From positions 192,001 through 256,000 of the forward strand of contig CP000068.1 of NCBI GenBank assembly GCA_000002445.1: a stretch of 64,000 nt of DNA, read 5' to 3'. Numbering within the stretch: position 1 is the stretch's first letter; every line of letters starts with the position of its first letter. Both the position numbers and the translations under genes were made by a program. The stretch comes from Trypanosoma brucei. Lineage: Eukaryota. The notes below the pieces were generated by a model. That model was not told the DNA's origin and did not search any database. It saw nothing but the letters and a program-made list of their open reading frames with translations. This document shows positions 45,969 to 56,854 of this stretch, piece after piece.

Positions 45969-48857
45969 ATGCAAGCAGCAAACATTTCGGAGGAGAGTAT
46001 TTACAATGAAGCTAGATATTCATTGTCGAAGCTAAAGAACTCTTGCCGGGACATACTGGGCACTTCTCGAGTAACGCCTCCGGTTGAAGTTGTCCAACAG
46101 TTTTTAGACTTCTTAGGAGTGGATATTCTACCAGACGTCTTTTCTGTCGAAATCGAAACTGAATCCCTAACCTTATGTACTAGCGCGCCTTTGGTGATGG
46201 TTCTAGCTGAACTGTCTACCGATTGTGGGGATGACGAGATCTCGTTAGTGAGAAAGCAGGTTCTTCGCACTCGCTGCACCTTTATTGCCTCGTTGCCTGA
46301 GCGATTGGCAAACATTATATGTGAGTTGCAGGCGGTTGGCAAGGATGTTGACTGTGACTGGGGGGTGTTACCGGACCGGATATGCCAAGCGTTGTGTTGC
46401 TTTCTCTTTGCGATTTGTACCGCCTCGTCAGACCAAGAGCCGACGATACCGAATGAGGGCAAGACCTATGAACTCAAGAGGTCCAGCGCATTAGCCGTTT
46501 GCGACTTTATGATTCAAGCAGTGCTTGCTCGCGGATATATTGGCATGCTCTTCCGACATTTTTTAATTTCGTTGCGGAGCGCAACAAACATTTCTACCAT
46601 GTCAAATCTAACGTTTCCTTTTGTCTTAACGTCCATCTACAACTGTGCATTTACCAGTCGAGGCAAATCAGAGCTGTTGGAGGCCACAAGCACCCCTAAG
46701 AGATATCGTGCGACTGTGTACTGGACTGAATGGGTGTCGTGGCTCTTAGAAGCATCCGCAAGTGAGCCAAAGACAAAGAAGTGTCTGATATCAACTTTGC
46801 TGCTGATGAGGGAGGGTCAAGATGATCCGGTAATGGCGGGGAAAAGCTCGCATGTCGGTCAGGCGTTGGAAGTTGAGATTTTTGCCACGTCCGCGTTCTA
46901 CCTCCCAACAAGACGGGACGTTTTGAGGGTTATATTTAGGGAGGTCCTCCCCACTATCTCTTTTCGTGGAGATGGGGACAAACCGGGGCATATCCAGAAC
47001 TTTGAACTTACGTTATTCGCTGAAGTGTTCCGCGTTTGGGGCGATCGCAACTTTGCAGAGAGCGCGCCAATCCGACTCAATACTACCTTGTCAAACAGTG
47101 TTATGTACATCCTGCTTCACATCAAAGAGAATGGCATATTTTGCGAGAGGTCCCATTTCCCATCTGCACTACTGCAACCGCTTTTGGATGGGATCTCGTT
47201 ACGCCTTGAGTCCGTGCGTTCAGAAGAAACAAGAAACGAAGGCATAACAGTAGCTGCAGCATTTGCATTATTTTTTTCATCCGAGGACGATACGTTGAAT
47301 GGAGTTTCAGACCTGGAACTGTTTCCTGAAGCACTCAGCAAATGGATGAGACATGAGCCAAACCATGCACTGATGCCCGGGTTGTCGCATGAAGGGATAA
47401 CAGAGCGTACCCACCGCGTTGCAGGTGAAGACCGTGCGAAGTTTTTTCGTCATTCTGCGGAAAATGACGAATACCCCCTTGACCCTGACGCCGAATTTAC
47501 TTTCTTTTGCGCTGGTGACACCAGTAAGTCAAATGTGTTGGTGTCTTCCGGCACCGACAACGCCCTATTTAAACACATACCTATTGCAAACAATGAAGAA
47601 TTGACTTCTTTTGGGAAAACGTCTCATGAAGCAGATTCCCTGGATGGTATCGATGTTTTGGTAACGCTCCGTGAGTCGTACAACGCCGTTATGGGAATAG
47701 GAAGAAGCACAAGTGCCCAACTTTATGAGGTTCAACAGGAAACTGAAAGCGGACTTAGGGGACTCAAGTCTTCGTTGCAGGTGCTAAAAGGGAAGCTTGG
47801 CCGTTGGAACGAGCGCGTCATCGATGGGAACGTTTTGAGAACGAGAAGCACTTTGGGGGAGGAGCTCCACGTAATGTTACCGTCGCTTCTTCCCGCCCTA
47901 ATGAGTATTACAATTCATGCACCAGAACCACGGCACAAGGAGTTAGTGGAGTTAAGACTGTCAGTGTTAATCGACATCATCATTGTTTCCCCGGAAGTTG
48001 CTCTTGACCAACTAAGCAAAATGATATACAGCAGCGGTTTCGGCATTTTTCAACGTGTCGAAATGGCCAAGGCCATTGGTGAGGCGGCAAAGTTTCTTTC
48101 TCATGTGAAAATTCGAGTGGAGTATGAGGGGAAGTTAAAACAATATAATGACACTCAGTTTCGAGACCCACAAAAACGCATTTATCCACCTATACCAAAC
48201 GAGAGCAAGAGTATCACTTCGACTGTGTTTACTGAAGGAAGGAATACAAGGCGTTGGGGAAATTCCACTCGTCGTAGGGCATGCCAAGAAGAAAACGTTT
48301 ATACTAGCTATCTCTCTGAAGTAGCTCCGCTGTTCATATCAGCCCTTCTGCAAAAAGCAGACGATGACTATTTTTCTTTTTTCCGGGACAAAGATCCGTA
48401 CGCCCCAGCAGAAATCCTTCGAACCATTTCTACAGTTGTTCAGCGTATAGCGGCTGTTCGTCACGTAGCTCCGTCTCTTTGCGAGAACATTGTACCTTTT
48501 ATTCTGGCTGTGCTAACCCGACACCCTCTCTCAGTTATTCGAAAACAGGCTTGGATTCTTATCGGCGAGGTCATGAGGTGCTGGTGTGGAGCTGGACCAC
48601 TTGTTTTAGATGATTGCTCCTCAACCACTTGCCGTGAAGGGTTTGGGGGGAGCTCATCGCACTTATTTTCAGAGCAGTGGATAAACGTCCAACAGGCGTT
48701 AGAGGCTATTTTCGATCGATCGAGGAATGATTTCTTATGCGCTGAAGTGGCCCTTCTTGTTGTTGTAGACCTGCGGGACCTGTTGGTGGCTAGGGCGGAT
48801 TTCGAGGAGATGAACAAGCGTGTAGTGAGTGCGAGACTCATCTCAGCAGTGGAGTAA
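45969..48857 (+). CDS. Hypothetical protein, 962 aa, probably soluble and helical-repeat-rich
   Basis: A single uninterrupted 2.9-kb ORF on the cluster strand with protein-like composition. No signal peptide or TM helix is evident, and I recognise no family motif. Confidence 0.7.
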   Translation: MQAANISEESIYNEARYSLSKLKNSCRDILGTSRVTPPVEVVQQFLDFLGVDILPDVFSVEIETESLTLCTSAPLVMVLAELSTDCGDDEISLVRKQVLRTRCTFIASLPERLANIICELQAVGKDVDCDWGVLPDRICQALCCFLFAICTASSDQEPTIPNEGKTYELKRSSALAVCDFMIQAVLARGYIGMLFRHFLISLRSATNISTMSNLTFPFVLTSIYNCAFTSRGKSELLEATSTPKRYRATVYWTEWVSWLLEASASEPKTKKCLISTLLLMREGQDDPVMAGKSSHVGQALEVEIFATSAFYLPTRRDVLRVIFREVLPTISFRGDGDKPGHIQNFELTLFAEVFRVWGDRNFAESAPIRLNTTLSNSVMYILLHIKENGIFCERSHFPSALLQPLLDGISLRLESVRSEETRNEGITVAAAFALFFSSEDDTLNGVSDLELFPEALSKWMRHEPNHALMPGLSHEGITERTHRVAGEDRAKFFRHSAENDEYPLDPDAEFTFFCAGDTSKSNVLVSSGTDNALFKHIPIANNEELTSFGKTSHEADSLDGIDVLVTLRESYNAVMGIGRSTSAQLYEVQQETESGLRGLKSSLQVLKGKLGRWNERVIDGNVLRTRSTLGEELHVMLPSLLPALMSITIHAPEPRHKELVELRLSVLIDIIIVSPEVALDQLSKMIYSSGFGIFQRVEMAKAIGEAAKFLSHVKIRVEYEGKLKQYNDTQFRDPQKRIYPPIPNESKSITSTVFTEGRNTRRWGNSTRRRACQEENVYTSYLSEVAPLFISALLQKADDDYFSFFRDKDPYAPAEILRTISTVVQRIAAVRHVAPSLCENIVPFILAVLTRHPLSVIRKQAWILIGEVMRCWCGAGPLVLDDCSSTTCREGFGGSSSHLFSEQWINVQQALEAIFDRSRNDFLCAEVALLVVVDLRDLLVARADFEEMNKRVVSARLISAVE

Positions 48858-49222
48858 GTTGGGGAATAATTTCAGTTTTGTCTGGATTAGGTACATGATA
48901 CTTTTATTATTGCACTATGACGCATAACTTGTTCCTCTTTGTGCGGGTTCCACTTTTGACGTGTATCAGGTACCGCCAAATCTCTCCAAGTATGTTCGAA
49001 CCACCGTCATTACCGTTTTTGTTTTAAATAGTTGTCGACTACGTCATCTGCGTTCTCGGAAGGGTATAGGAGATGTGGCGAAGGCCACCGAGTTTTCACT
49101 TTATTTTTGGTGCCTCGTGTTTGGTGTCACCACGACGGCTCCTGCGTCGAAAGCGGGTTCACAAAGAGGAAGAAAATAAACAAGTCATCTGTGCTGGAGT
49201 TTTGTCACTTCGTACCGGAGGG

Positions 49223-50830
49223 ATGCCCGCAGCTCCAGACACTACTTTAGATAAGATAAAGGCAGAAATTCACCGTATGCGGGTTGAGCAGACTGCCCGT
49301 GAAGAAAGTACTACCAGTGAACCCGTTCCCACCTCTCACGGTGACAGGACCTTTAATTACTTGGAATTGGATGACTGGCTTGAGGCTATTCGTCCAAACG
49401 AGGCTTATTACCGAGGGGATGATGTACTAAGTTGTGTCAAGGCAAAGGATTATGTAGCGAAGAAACAGCTCTTCTCGGAAGCCGATGAAGTGTTAAGAGG
49501 CAGAAATAGGGAGAATACTATTCGTTATTTGAGAATTGTGTACGGAGATATTGGATCTGATCATCGGGAAGAGGTGATGAGGTATGCCAACACCCTGTCA
49601 CAGCTAGTGGAAGAGGAAATACAGAAGGTAACGAATAGCAATCAATCTCTCTGCAACAAGGACATTTCACTTGCGGAGGAGGGTCCCATTTCTGGCGGGG
49701 AGGTTAAGCAAATAGCTTGGATCAATGTTTTATCGGCGATGAGCGACACTGAGATACGCAAATTATGGAGGTGGGGTCTGCTTGATTTCGAAACAATAGA
49801 GCATCTTGCAGAGACTGGGCCATTTGCCGGTGAAAGGGAAACAACTGGTGTCGCCAAACCAGGTGATGGTGATGTGGACAGTAAACTTTTGCCACTCGTG
49901 GGGCCCGCCGGAGAAGAGGGCGAGGAGTCGTTTTCCACTTCTCTTCCGATTGAGGAAAACATTTACACTCTAAAAGCTGTGAAAGAAATGGACGAATTAA
50001 CTGCTTCAGTTAGTGAGAGCGTGTTTATGGGATTTCCCACCATTGATGTTGCCCCTGCCGCACAAAAGGTTAAGCAAGGTCGGTACGCGGACGTTTCGGA
50101 GCGTGAACTTCGGCTACTAGAGCGATATGAGGAAACCAAGTATACCGTAAAGGTACCGCCGGGGGAAGCCACAACACTCGACACGCCTGGAATCGGTAGT
50201 GGCACTGGAGTTTCTGGCACAACGTCTGTGAAGTTGAAGTATGACACTGAACTGGGGGTTGATAAGGCAAGTGCGGTGAATAACAGTCGCGTTATGGAAG
50301 GAAATGCTGTTCCTTCATCGTCCTCGTCTTCACGTACCGAACGCATGTTGGTGGTGCCGCACCTGGATGTAACCGAGTCAGTGATGGATCGTGCGTTCTG
50401 CCCTTCTAATCGATTTCTGTACGCTCTCACTAAGTACGACGACGGTCTCCGCAGTTCGTTTGAAGGAATGGAGCGTATCAAACGTCGTGCGCTGTTAGAC
50501 CCCGTCTTTCAAGCTGCTGTGGAGGAGGCGCATCTATGGGAAGATCTGTCCACGCAAGGTCATGAGGAGGAAAGTTCCGTCGGTGCGAAAGGGAAGATAA
50601 TTCCGCGCAACCAACGGCACTTGCGTCACGGAGGCGTCAGATCCCCGATTCTCGGCGGACCACTTGCGAAGAAACACCACGCTGCTGATATACCGTATTT
50701 CTACGGAAGCATCCGGAGTTTTGTACCCCCGCACGGCCGTTTCAACGTACCAGCTCCACGCGTTTCTGGAAGAGGAGGATCACGTCCTCGGAGAGTGTCG
50801 GTGAAACCGCGGATGCGTTACAGCCAGTAG
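49223..50830 (+). CDS. Hypothetical protein (535 aa from ATG 49223; the ORF is open upstream to 49073), acidic with a Ser-rich and basic C-terminus
   Basis: A long ORF on the cluster strand. The first 50 codons of the extended ORF are Cys/Arg-rich and UTR-like, so I prefer the start at MPAAPDTTLDKIKAEIHRMRVEQ. No recognisable domain. Confidence 0.6.
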   Translation: MPAAPDTTLDKIKAEIHRMRVEQTAREESTTSEPVPTSHGDRTFNYLELDDWLEAIRPNEAYYRGDDVLSCVKAKDYVAKKQLFSEADEVLRGRNRENTIRYLRIVYGDIGSDHREEVMRYANTLSQLVEEEIQKVTNSNQSLCNKDISLAEEGPISGGEVKQIAWINVLSAMSDTEIRKLWRWGLLDFETIEHLAETGPFAGERETTGVAKPGDGDVDSKLLPLVGPAGEEGEESFSTSLPIEENIYTLKAVKEMDELTASVSESVFMGFPTIDVAPAAQKVKQGRYADVSERELRLLERYEETKYTVKVPPGEATTLDTPGIGSGTGVSGTTSVKLKYDTELGVDKASAVNNSRVMEGNAVPSSSSSSRTERMLVVPHLDVTESVMDRAFCPSNRFLYALTKYDDGLRSSFEGMERIKRRALLDPVFQAAVEEAHLWEDLSTQGHEEESSVGAKGKIIPRNQRHLRHGGVRSPILGGPLAKKHHAADIPYFYGSIRSFVPPHGRFNVPAPRVSGRGGSRPRRVSVKPRMRYSQ

Positions 50831-51206
50831 CATGAACGCATTTTATCAGCGCGTGAGAGATCGCGGCGTTTAATTATTTATCGTTTGTTTTTTTTACACC
50901 ACATTTCCTCCCTCCACTACTTGGAAATAAGTGACTGGCACGTGGGCAAAATGCCGTACGACCCCACGTGTTCGTACTTCGCGTATATTGTAAACGAGTA
51001 AACCCTTTTACTGTCAATATGAACTTATTTCCCTGGTTTTCGGTACATCTTTTTTTTTTTTTTTGCGGTTTCCTTTTATCGTTTGAGCATTTATTTCTTC
51101 CGTGGAGGAAATTCCGTGGCATCAAAAGGAAGCGAGACGCCTGGCCCTGAATCAAAAAGTTTGGAAGTATTTGTTGGAAGGAGAGTGGAAAACAAGGACA
51201 GAAAAT

Positions 51207-51662
51207 ATGGCGTTTGGAAATGCGTCTAAAGGCACTGATGATTACACGCCCGAGGAGCATTTAACCGCTGCAGTGATGGAGTACAAAAAGTTGGAAGCTG
51301 CAAATCAAAATAGTGTGGAGCATATGTATAACGTCCTCTCGTCACCATTTAAAATTGGGAGCAAACCTTGCGAGGCCATTCGTGGCGATGCTTTACGGTG
51401 TCTTTCTGAAATCATAGGAAACTTTACAGCCAAGAGTACATCCGGTACTGACGGTAGCACCGTTATGGCAAACAGCGCTTCAATTGTGAGTCAGGAATTG
51501 CCCCCAATACACCGCTGCTACGAAAGTGTTCTCCATTACGAATCGTGCGTCTTGGAAAGAACGTTGTCACGCCACAATAGTATGGTTGCCACTTTCGAGG
51601 CCCGGAGGCTGCGTGAAGCGGATTCGGCTCGTGAAGCAGCTGCAGCGGGTGGTGATATATGA
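51207..51662 (+). CDS. Small hypothetical protein (152 aa from ATG 51207; the ORF is open to 51102)
   Basis: An ORF on the cluster strand in the gap between larger genes, with protein-like composition. No recognisable motif. Confidence 0.4.
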   Translation: MAFGNASKGTDDYTPEEHLTAAVMEYKKLEAANQNSVEHMYNVLSSPFKIGSKPCEAIRGDALRCLSEIIGNFTAKSTSGTDGSTVMANSASIVSQELPPIHRCYESVLHYESCVLERTLSRHNSMVATFEARRLREADSAREAAAAGGDI

Positions 51663-53573
51663 GGTTGTAGAGGCCAGGTGAATACGTTCCAGCGGTGACA
51701 GGAGGAGCTGTAACACAGGTGCAAACGTGTACTATGGTGGACCGCTTGTGTTGAGTAGGAGTGTGAGTTCACTCTCGGCATCCACCTTTCAAAAGATGTT
51801 ATTGGCGCGTCCGCGCCTTTGTATCATTGGCCTGCGCCACCGCGCGCTCTTTCTGTCTACTAGTTCGTCTCTGTGCTCGGTTCATATCAATTGCCTCTGT
51901 CTCGAGGCATATATTTTTGTGTCAGTGGTCAGCCACAAGGGTGCTGGCGTGTCCGTACTTGACTGGATGATTGCTTCCCACGTTTTTCTTTCCGTCGTGT
52001 TCCGTCGTTTTGGGCGTGGTTAATCACTATTTCAACGACAGTAATGTTGTAGCCGCTGTTGCTGGCTTCGAGGTCCTGCAATGCTGCATCAGGAAGTACC
52101 TGTCATATTATGAATTACGGAGTGCGAGTGAGTAGGTGAGTATGTGTGTGTGCGTGTGTGTGGCTGACCACCAACAACGGAAAGCGCCTTTGAGTACCAA
52201 GGGGAGATTTCACCGATACTGTGGCCGGGTATGATAAATAAACGGGAAAGAGTCTGCGGGAGCGCGGAAAACAAGAAGCTTAGTGAAGCGGGGCCTAGCA
52301 TTGACACCAACTCCAGAAGAAGGTTGATTTTTTTTTTTTTTGCGGGACAAGGGCTGCTTTCACGTTCTCATTCACAACAGGGGAAAGATTACGCAAACGG
52401 AGACAGAGGTTTTCTAGTTGGTAGATAGTTGGCAGCGTGTAAGGGAGTTTGTGTATGGGCTTCAACAGTGGCCCGTCGGGAGTCTTTGAGTCTTCTTTCC
52501 ATTGAAGGGTGTGAGGCGCTTACGGGCCTCCGGACTGGCGCTGAATGCATGCGGCTGGAAAGTGGACCTTGGGATATGAAACGACATCATGTACGATGCA
52601 GTTGCCGGTGTGCTCAGGATAAGGCTTCGCGGTTCACCCCGTTACAACGTAGGACAGGGAGTTGATGTTCCAAATATAATTTGATAGGTGAGAAAGGCAG
52701 AGGTGAAGGGACTGAGTACCCCTCCGACTTCTCGGTGGGGAGAGAGTAAGCAGTTGACACTGATGGTGCCAATGATGACCCGACACTGCAGCTCTCGGTG
52801 GTAGTGGAGGAGGGTCTGCCGTGTGTGCTTGTATGCGAGGTGTTGGAGTCATTATGTGCTGAGAAAAGTATCCCCGATACCCTCCTTCTCGATATAACGA
52901 GCTGGAAGTCTTTCTGGCCAGTAAGCTTGGTGTTTGCGTGCAAAGCTGTGCGATGTAGGTAAGTGGGGAGGGCCATCTCCAGAATGGGGCTGGTGTGAAG
53001 GAGCAGTAAAGTAGATAATAACAGCTAGGGGTGCCGTTCAAAGGACCGTTTAAACCTCTACTGATTCGACTTCTGTCCTATCGGTGTCTCTTTTTCCTTT
53101 CACATTATCGATCGTTAGCAACGTGTTTTATTGTGCACCAACAACTAGACATATCATCGGTGCTGTATTTTACGCTACAAACGTAGGGGTGGGTTCAGCA
53201 CATACAAATATTTTCATTTGTATATCTGTGCTCTTGTCTTTCGCATCTTAGCGGTGTAGCCTTCTGATATTTCCTGATTGATTACACGAAAAATACTTCA
53301 GAGTCAAATTGGGCGAAAGGAGTTGGATTATATATATATTCCTTCAGTGTGGAACGAGCTTGACGAGGCGTGCCTGTGCGCTTGGTGAAAGGAAGGGGAG
53401 GGCAATCGCACGCTGGAGGTCGCATTTTACCGTACAGCATTTTTGCTGGTGAAGGGGAGGAGGGCAAATACGAGAGTCGGCGCTGCACGGTTTATTCAGA
53501 CGTGTGGAGAGGTGAAGGGTGGAACAGCCCAGGCTAATCGCACTCACATATACATCTCGACACTGCAACCATC

Positions 53574-55637
53574 ATGGGTGGTGGAGCAGCGGTGTCGTCT
53601 GGTGACGACAGCGCCGCGGCATCTTCGGGTAACGACACCACCACAACGGATGGTAATCATGGCGGGAGGTACGCCTGGGAATGCGTTGACGACGTCGGGG
53701 GCGCTTTCAACGGTTCCATGAATGGCAACACCTCCCTGCCAAAAGGTTCAAACATCTGTGAGACTCACGGGTGTTGGAGTAAGCAAATACTCCGAAGGGA
53801 CATTTGCTGCGAGCGGAGCTACGTTCACCCTGTCAGCGCTGCTTGGCGTTGCAGCAGCGTTCTTTCACTTCCAGTGTCACTCCTTGACGAGGTGTTCACT
53901 TTTTTGCATCCCGAGGATCTCTGCAGGGTATTGGAAGTATGCCGGTTTTTCTTCTCTGCCGCTGTAAGGTCCGATCGTACCGCCTGGAGGTCCGTATGCC
54001 TTTCGCTATGGAAAAACAAGCAGGGGCTCTCGCGCGTGGTGCGTGAATGGCCGTCTGTGGAGGAGGTATGCCGACAGGAAGACTTGGAGTCGATTTGTGT
54101 GCAACAAGCGTTTGCACATGAATATTTCAGCTGGGGAACCATTAACAACATGGTGCCGCACATGGAGGACGGTGAGGCCGACTGCGAAACCTATTTTGCT
54201 GCGACGGTGCTATTCCGTGATGCAATTGATCAGGATACAGGGGATCCAACGGGACGACGGCATCAGCAGGTGTGGGGATGCACACCATCGAGTACGGCTA
54301 CGTACGATGCTATTGTGAACACAACGGGAGCAAGAGCACCCCTGTTCACGGTTCTTCCTTTTTCGGGACGTTACACCACGCCTGGGGAAACGGAGGGGAT
54401 CACATCTACTTCCTCGTGTGTTGCAGCGGAAAAGAAAGGGCTTTATTGGTGGCAGATGACCCTCGAACGACAGCAACAAGAACTGAGTCGACTCCGTAAG
54501 ACCGGTGGTTCGTCGAAGTTTCAGCATAAGCAGCCATATTGCCCCGCTCGCCCATTACTCAGCCATACCAACACCCCACAAAACGTGGAATCTGTCGAAG
54601 CGCCTTTTCGGTTCCCGTCCACGACCGGGTGCTGTGAGGGGAGCCGTTTACAAAAAGTGTGTGACACTGCGGTCAGCCAGCATGTTTTTTGCAGTTCCGG
54701 GTGTGGTAAGGACAGCAAAAGAGAACATGGAGGCTCTGTCGACGACTTTCACAGAGGGATGGCCGTTGTTCGGTCTCTCAGCGCACAACTCCGTGCCCGG
54801 AGGAAGGCGCGCACGTACGTGTTTGCGAAGAAAACAGCTAAATACTACGATGATGAAGATGATAGCGACGAAGACTTGCTACAGCTTCCAGTGTCATGGA
54901 AATTTGCTTACTATATGTCTTTGCGCGATTCATGCCGCCAGAAGATAGCGATGCAAGAACTCATTGAAGGCACATGGTTCGTGTGCTTTCGGAAAACCGG
55001 AAACACACACCCAGCATGTTTTAATGCTGACAACAGTCTGTTTGTATACCCCGCCACTTACACCCGCGATGGTGGTTGTCAGGTACATCGTCCCGGCGGT
55101 AGTAGCGGCGAAGGTGCAGCTTCTGCTCCGGTAATGCCTCCGGTTATGTATCAGCTGCAGCGCGGTGGGACAGAACTTGTTCTTAACAGTTTCCCTCCGC
55201 TGAAAGTACAACGCCGCTCTCGCTCCGCCTGTTCCCTCTCTTCCACCCAATCTGCTTCCCCAAATGCACCAGCCACTGGTCGTGCAATGGATGCTCAGAC
55301 GCACAACGGAGGGAGGGGCATAAGGGCCGGAACTTCCGCGGCGGAGGCTGCCGCAATTCGAGCATTTATGTCTGAGCCCAATGCCACCCTTCAGCGCCTT
55401 GCATCCGCTGCGGAACGGTTACACCATCCACACGACACCGAACGCGTTGCAACAGCTGGGGAAGGTGCCGGGGAAGGAAAGGAGAGTTCAAGTGGGGGGA
55501 CGGTTCATGATGGCGACGATGAAGATTTTGATAACGATTGGGGATGGGTGATACAAAATTATTTTGTGAAAATCTTTTCCTCAACAACGAGTATCCCGTT
55601 GTATGTAAGCAGGCTGGAGTACTCATGTGGGCTGTAG
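53574..55637 (+). CDS. F-box domain-containing protein (687 aa)
   Basis: Clear F-box consensus LPVSLLDEVFTFLHPEDLCRVLEVCRFFFSAA (about 53857-53950) after a Ser/Gly/Thr-rich N-terminus. The remainder is low-complexity and helical without other recognisable domains. Confidence 0.7.
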   Translation: MGGGAAVSSGDDSAAASSGNDTTTTDGNHGGRYAWECVDDVGGAFNGSMNGNTSLPKGSNICETHGCWSKQILRRDICCERSYVHPVSAAWRCSSVLSLPVSLLDEVFTFLHPEDLCRVLEVCRFFFSAAVRSDRTAWRSVCLSLWKNKQGLSRVVREWPSVEEVCRQEDLESICVQQAFAHEYFSWGTINNMVPHMEDGEADCETYFAATVLFRDAIDQDTGDPTGRRHQQVWGCTPSSTATYDAIVNTTGARAPLFTVLPFSGRYTTPGETEGITSTSSCVAAEKKGLYWWQMTLERQQQELSRLRKTGGSSKFQHKQPYCPARPLLSHTNTPQNVESVEAPFRFPSTTGCCEGSRLQKVCDTAVSQHVFCSSGCGKDSKREHGGSVDDFHRGMAVVRSLSAQLRARRKARTYVFAKKTAKYYDDEDDSDEDLLQLPVSWKFAYYMSLRDSCRQKIAMQELIEGTWFVCFRKTGNTHPACFNADNSLFVYPATYTRDGGCQVHRPGGSSGEGAASAPVMPPVMYQLQRGGTELVLNSFPPLKVQRRSRSACSLSSTQSASPNAPATGRAMDAQTHNGGRGIRAGTSAAEAAAIRAFMSEPNATLQRLASAAERLHHPHDTERVATAGEGAGEGKESSSGGTVHDGDDEDFDNDWGWVIQNYFVKIFSSTTSIPLYVSRLEYSCGL

Positions 55638-56854
55638 TCTTATCAAACTGAGGGGCGAACGGCCCCTTTTTTCCTAAACCCCCAACATTGTGCGCACGGC
55701 TAGCATTTTTTTTTTGACAATTTATTTATCTACCTTCTATTTTTTGATACCTTTACTCAACCGAGTTTTTCTCCCCATTGGTAAGTGTGATACGAATGAA
55801 AAAGGAGCCATCCATTATGATTGTTGTTATTGTCGGGTGTAGTTAATGTTTGGCATTACCTTTGTTGTTAATGTTGCATCATATTATATGTTTTCGTACT
55901 TATTGTTGCGGTGTTCCACTAAAGTTTAGTGATATAAAGCTCGTAGAGATAACGATGTTTCTGTACCTGACGAAATCGAGGGTTTTCTTTTTTTGTTTTT
56001 TACCTCACTGTGGTCATGCTCGTCATTTGCTCGCTTTTCTGTCGCAGTTGACCGTTTTACTTCACTTACTGATGTCGCGTCGTATCACACCGCTTTTCTT
56101 TCTATTTCTCATCGCCTTTCTTGCATCCCACGAAGGGTCCTTCACAATGAGGGGAAATGTAGTTGATTGTCTTTGGTAATAGTGCGGCAGAACTCTAAGG
56201 TCAACGTTGGACCCGTTTAGATATGCACAAACTTTAAGCAGGTACCAAACCCGGAGTGATGATGTGAGGAACAATCATCCAACCGACTGGCAGAAGACAC
56301 CGGCAAGGTTGCGTTGCAATATCTCCACTACTGAAGGAGGCTCGCTTAAACGTGGCACCAGATTGGGGCATTGAATGCAAGGTCTGACTGGTGCTGTGGG
56401 GGTCGGCATCAAAGAGCGGTATGGGAAGAAACTTAACGTAATACTGTGGGCTGTAGGTTATTGCGGCGTATGATTTATGTTAGGGAGTGCCCCGTTGCTT
56501 CAGTGTGACGAAACACTTTCACTTCTATGATGTTTGCCTCTTCTAACGAGAGTATACCGGAACCAAAAAGGGAGGCATACTGGTGCAATGTTTGGCAGGC
56601 TACGTGGTGTATCATAACTTGTCATTGATGGCCTACTCGGGCGCAGAAGCCACGATTCTTCGTATCCTGCGTCATTGCTAAGCAGTGATGTAGCTTCTGA
56701 AGGTATCCAAACTGCTGCTTTTTTTTTTTTTTTACCACCTGGTGTTTCAGAGGGTTAGTCTGCAAAGCGTTTTTGATGGTTTTCACTTGTCCCTTTTCCC
56801 CGTTGCTTGATTCGAAACGTGAAAGTGTCCATCCACTAGCGGTTTGGACACCTG

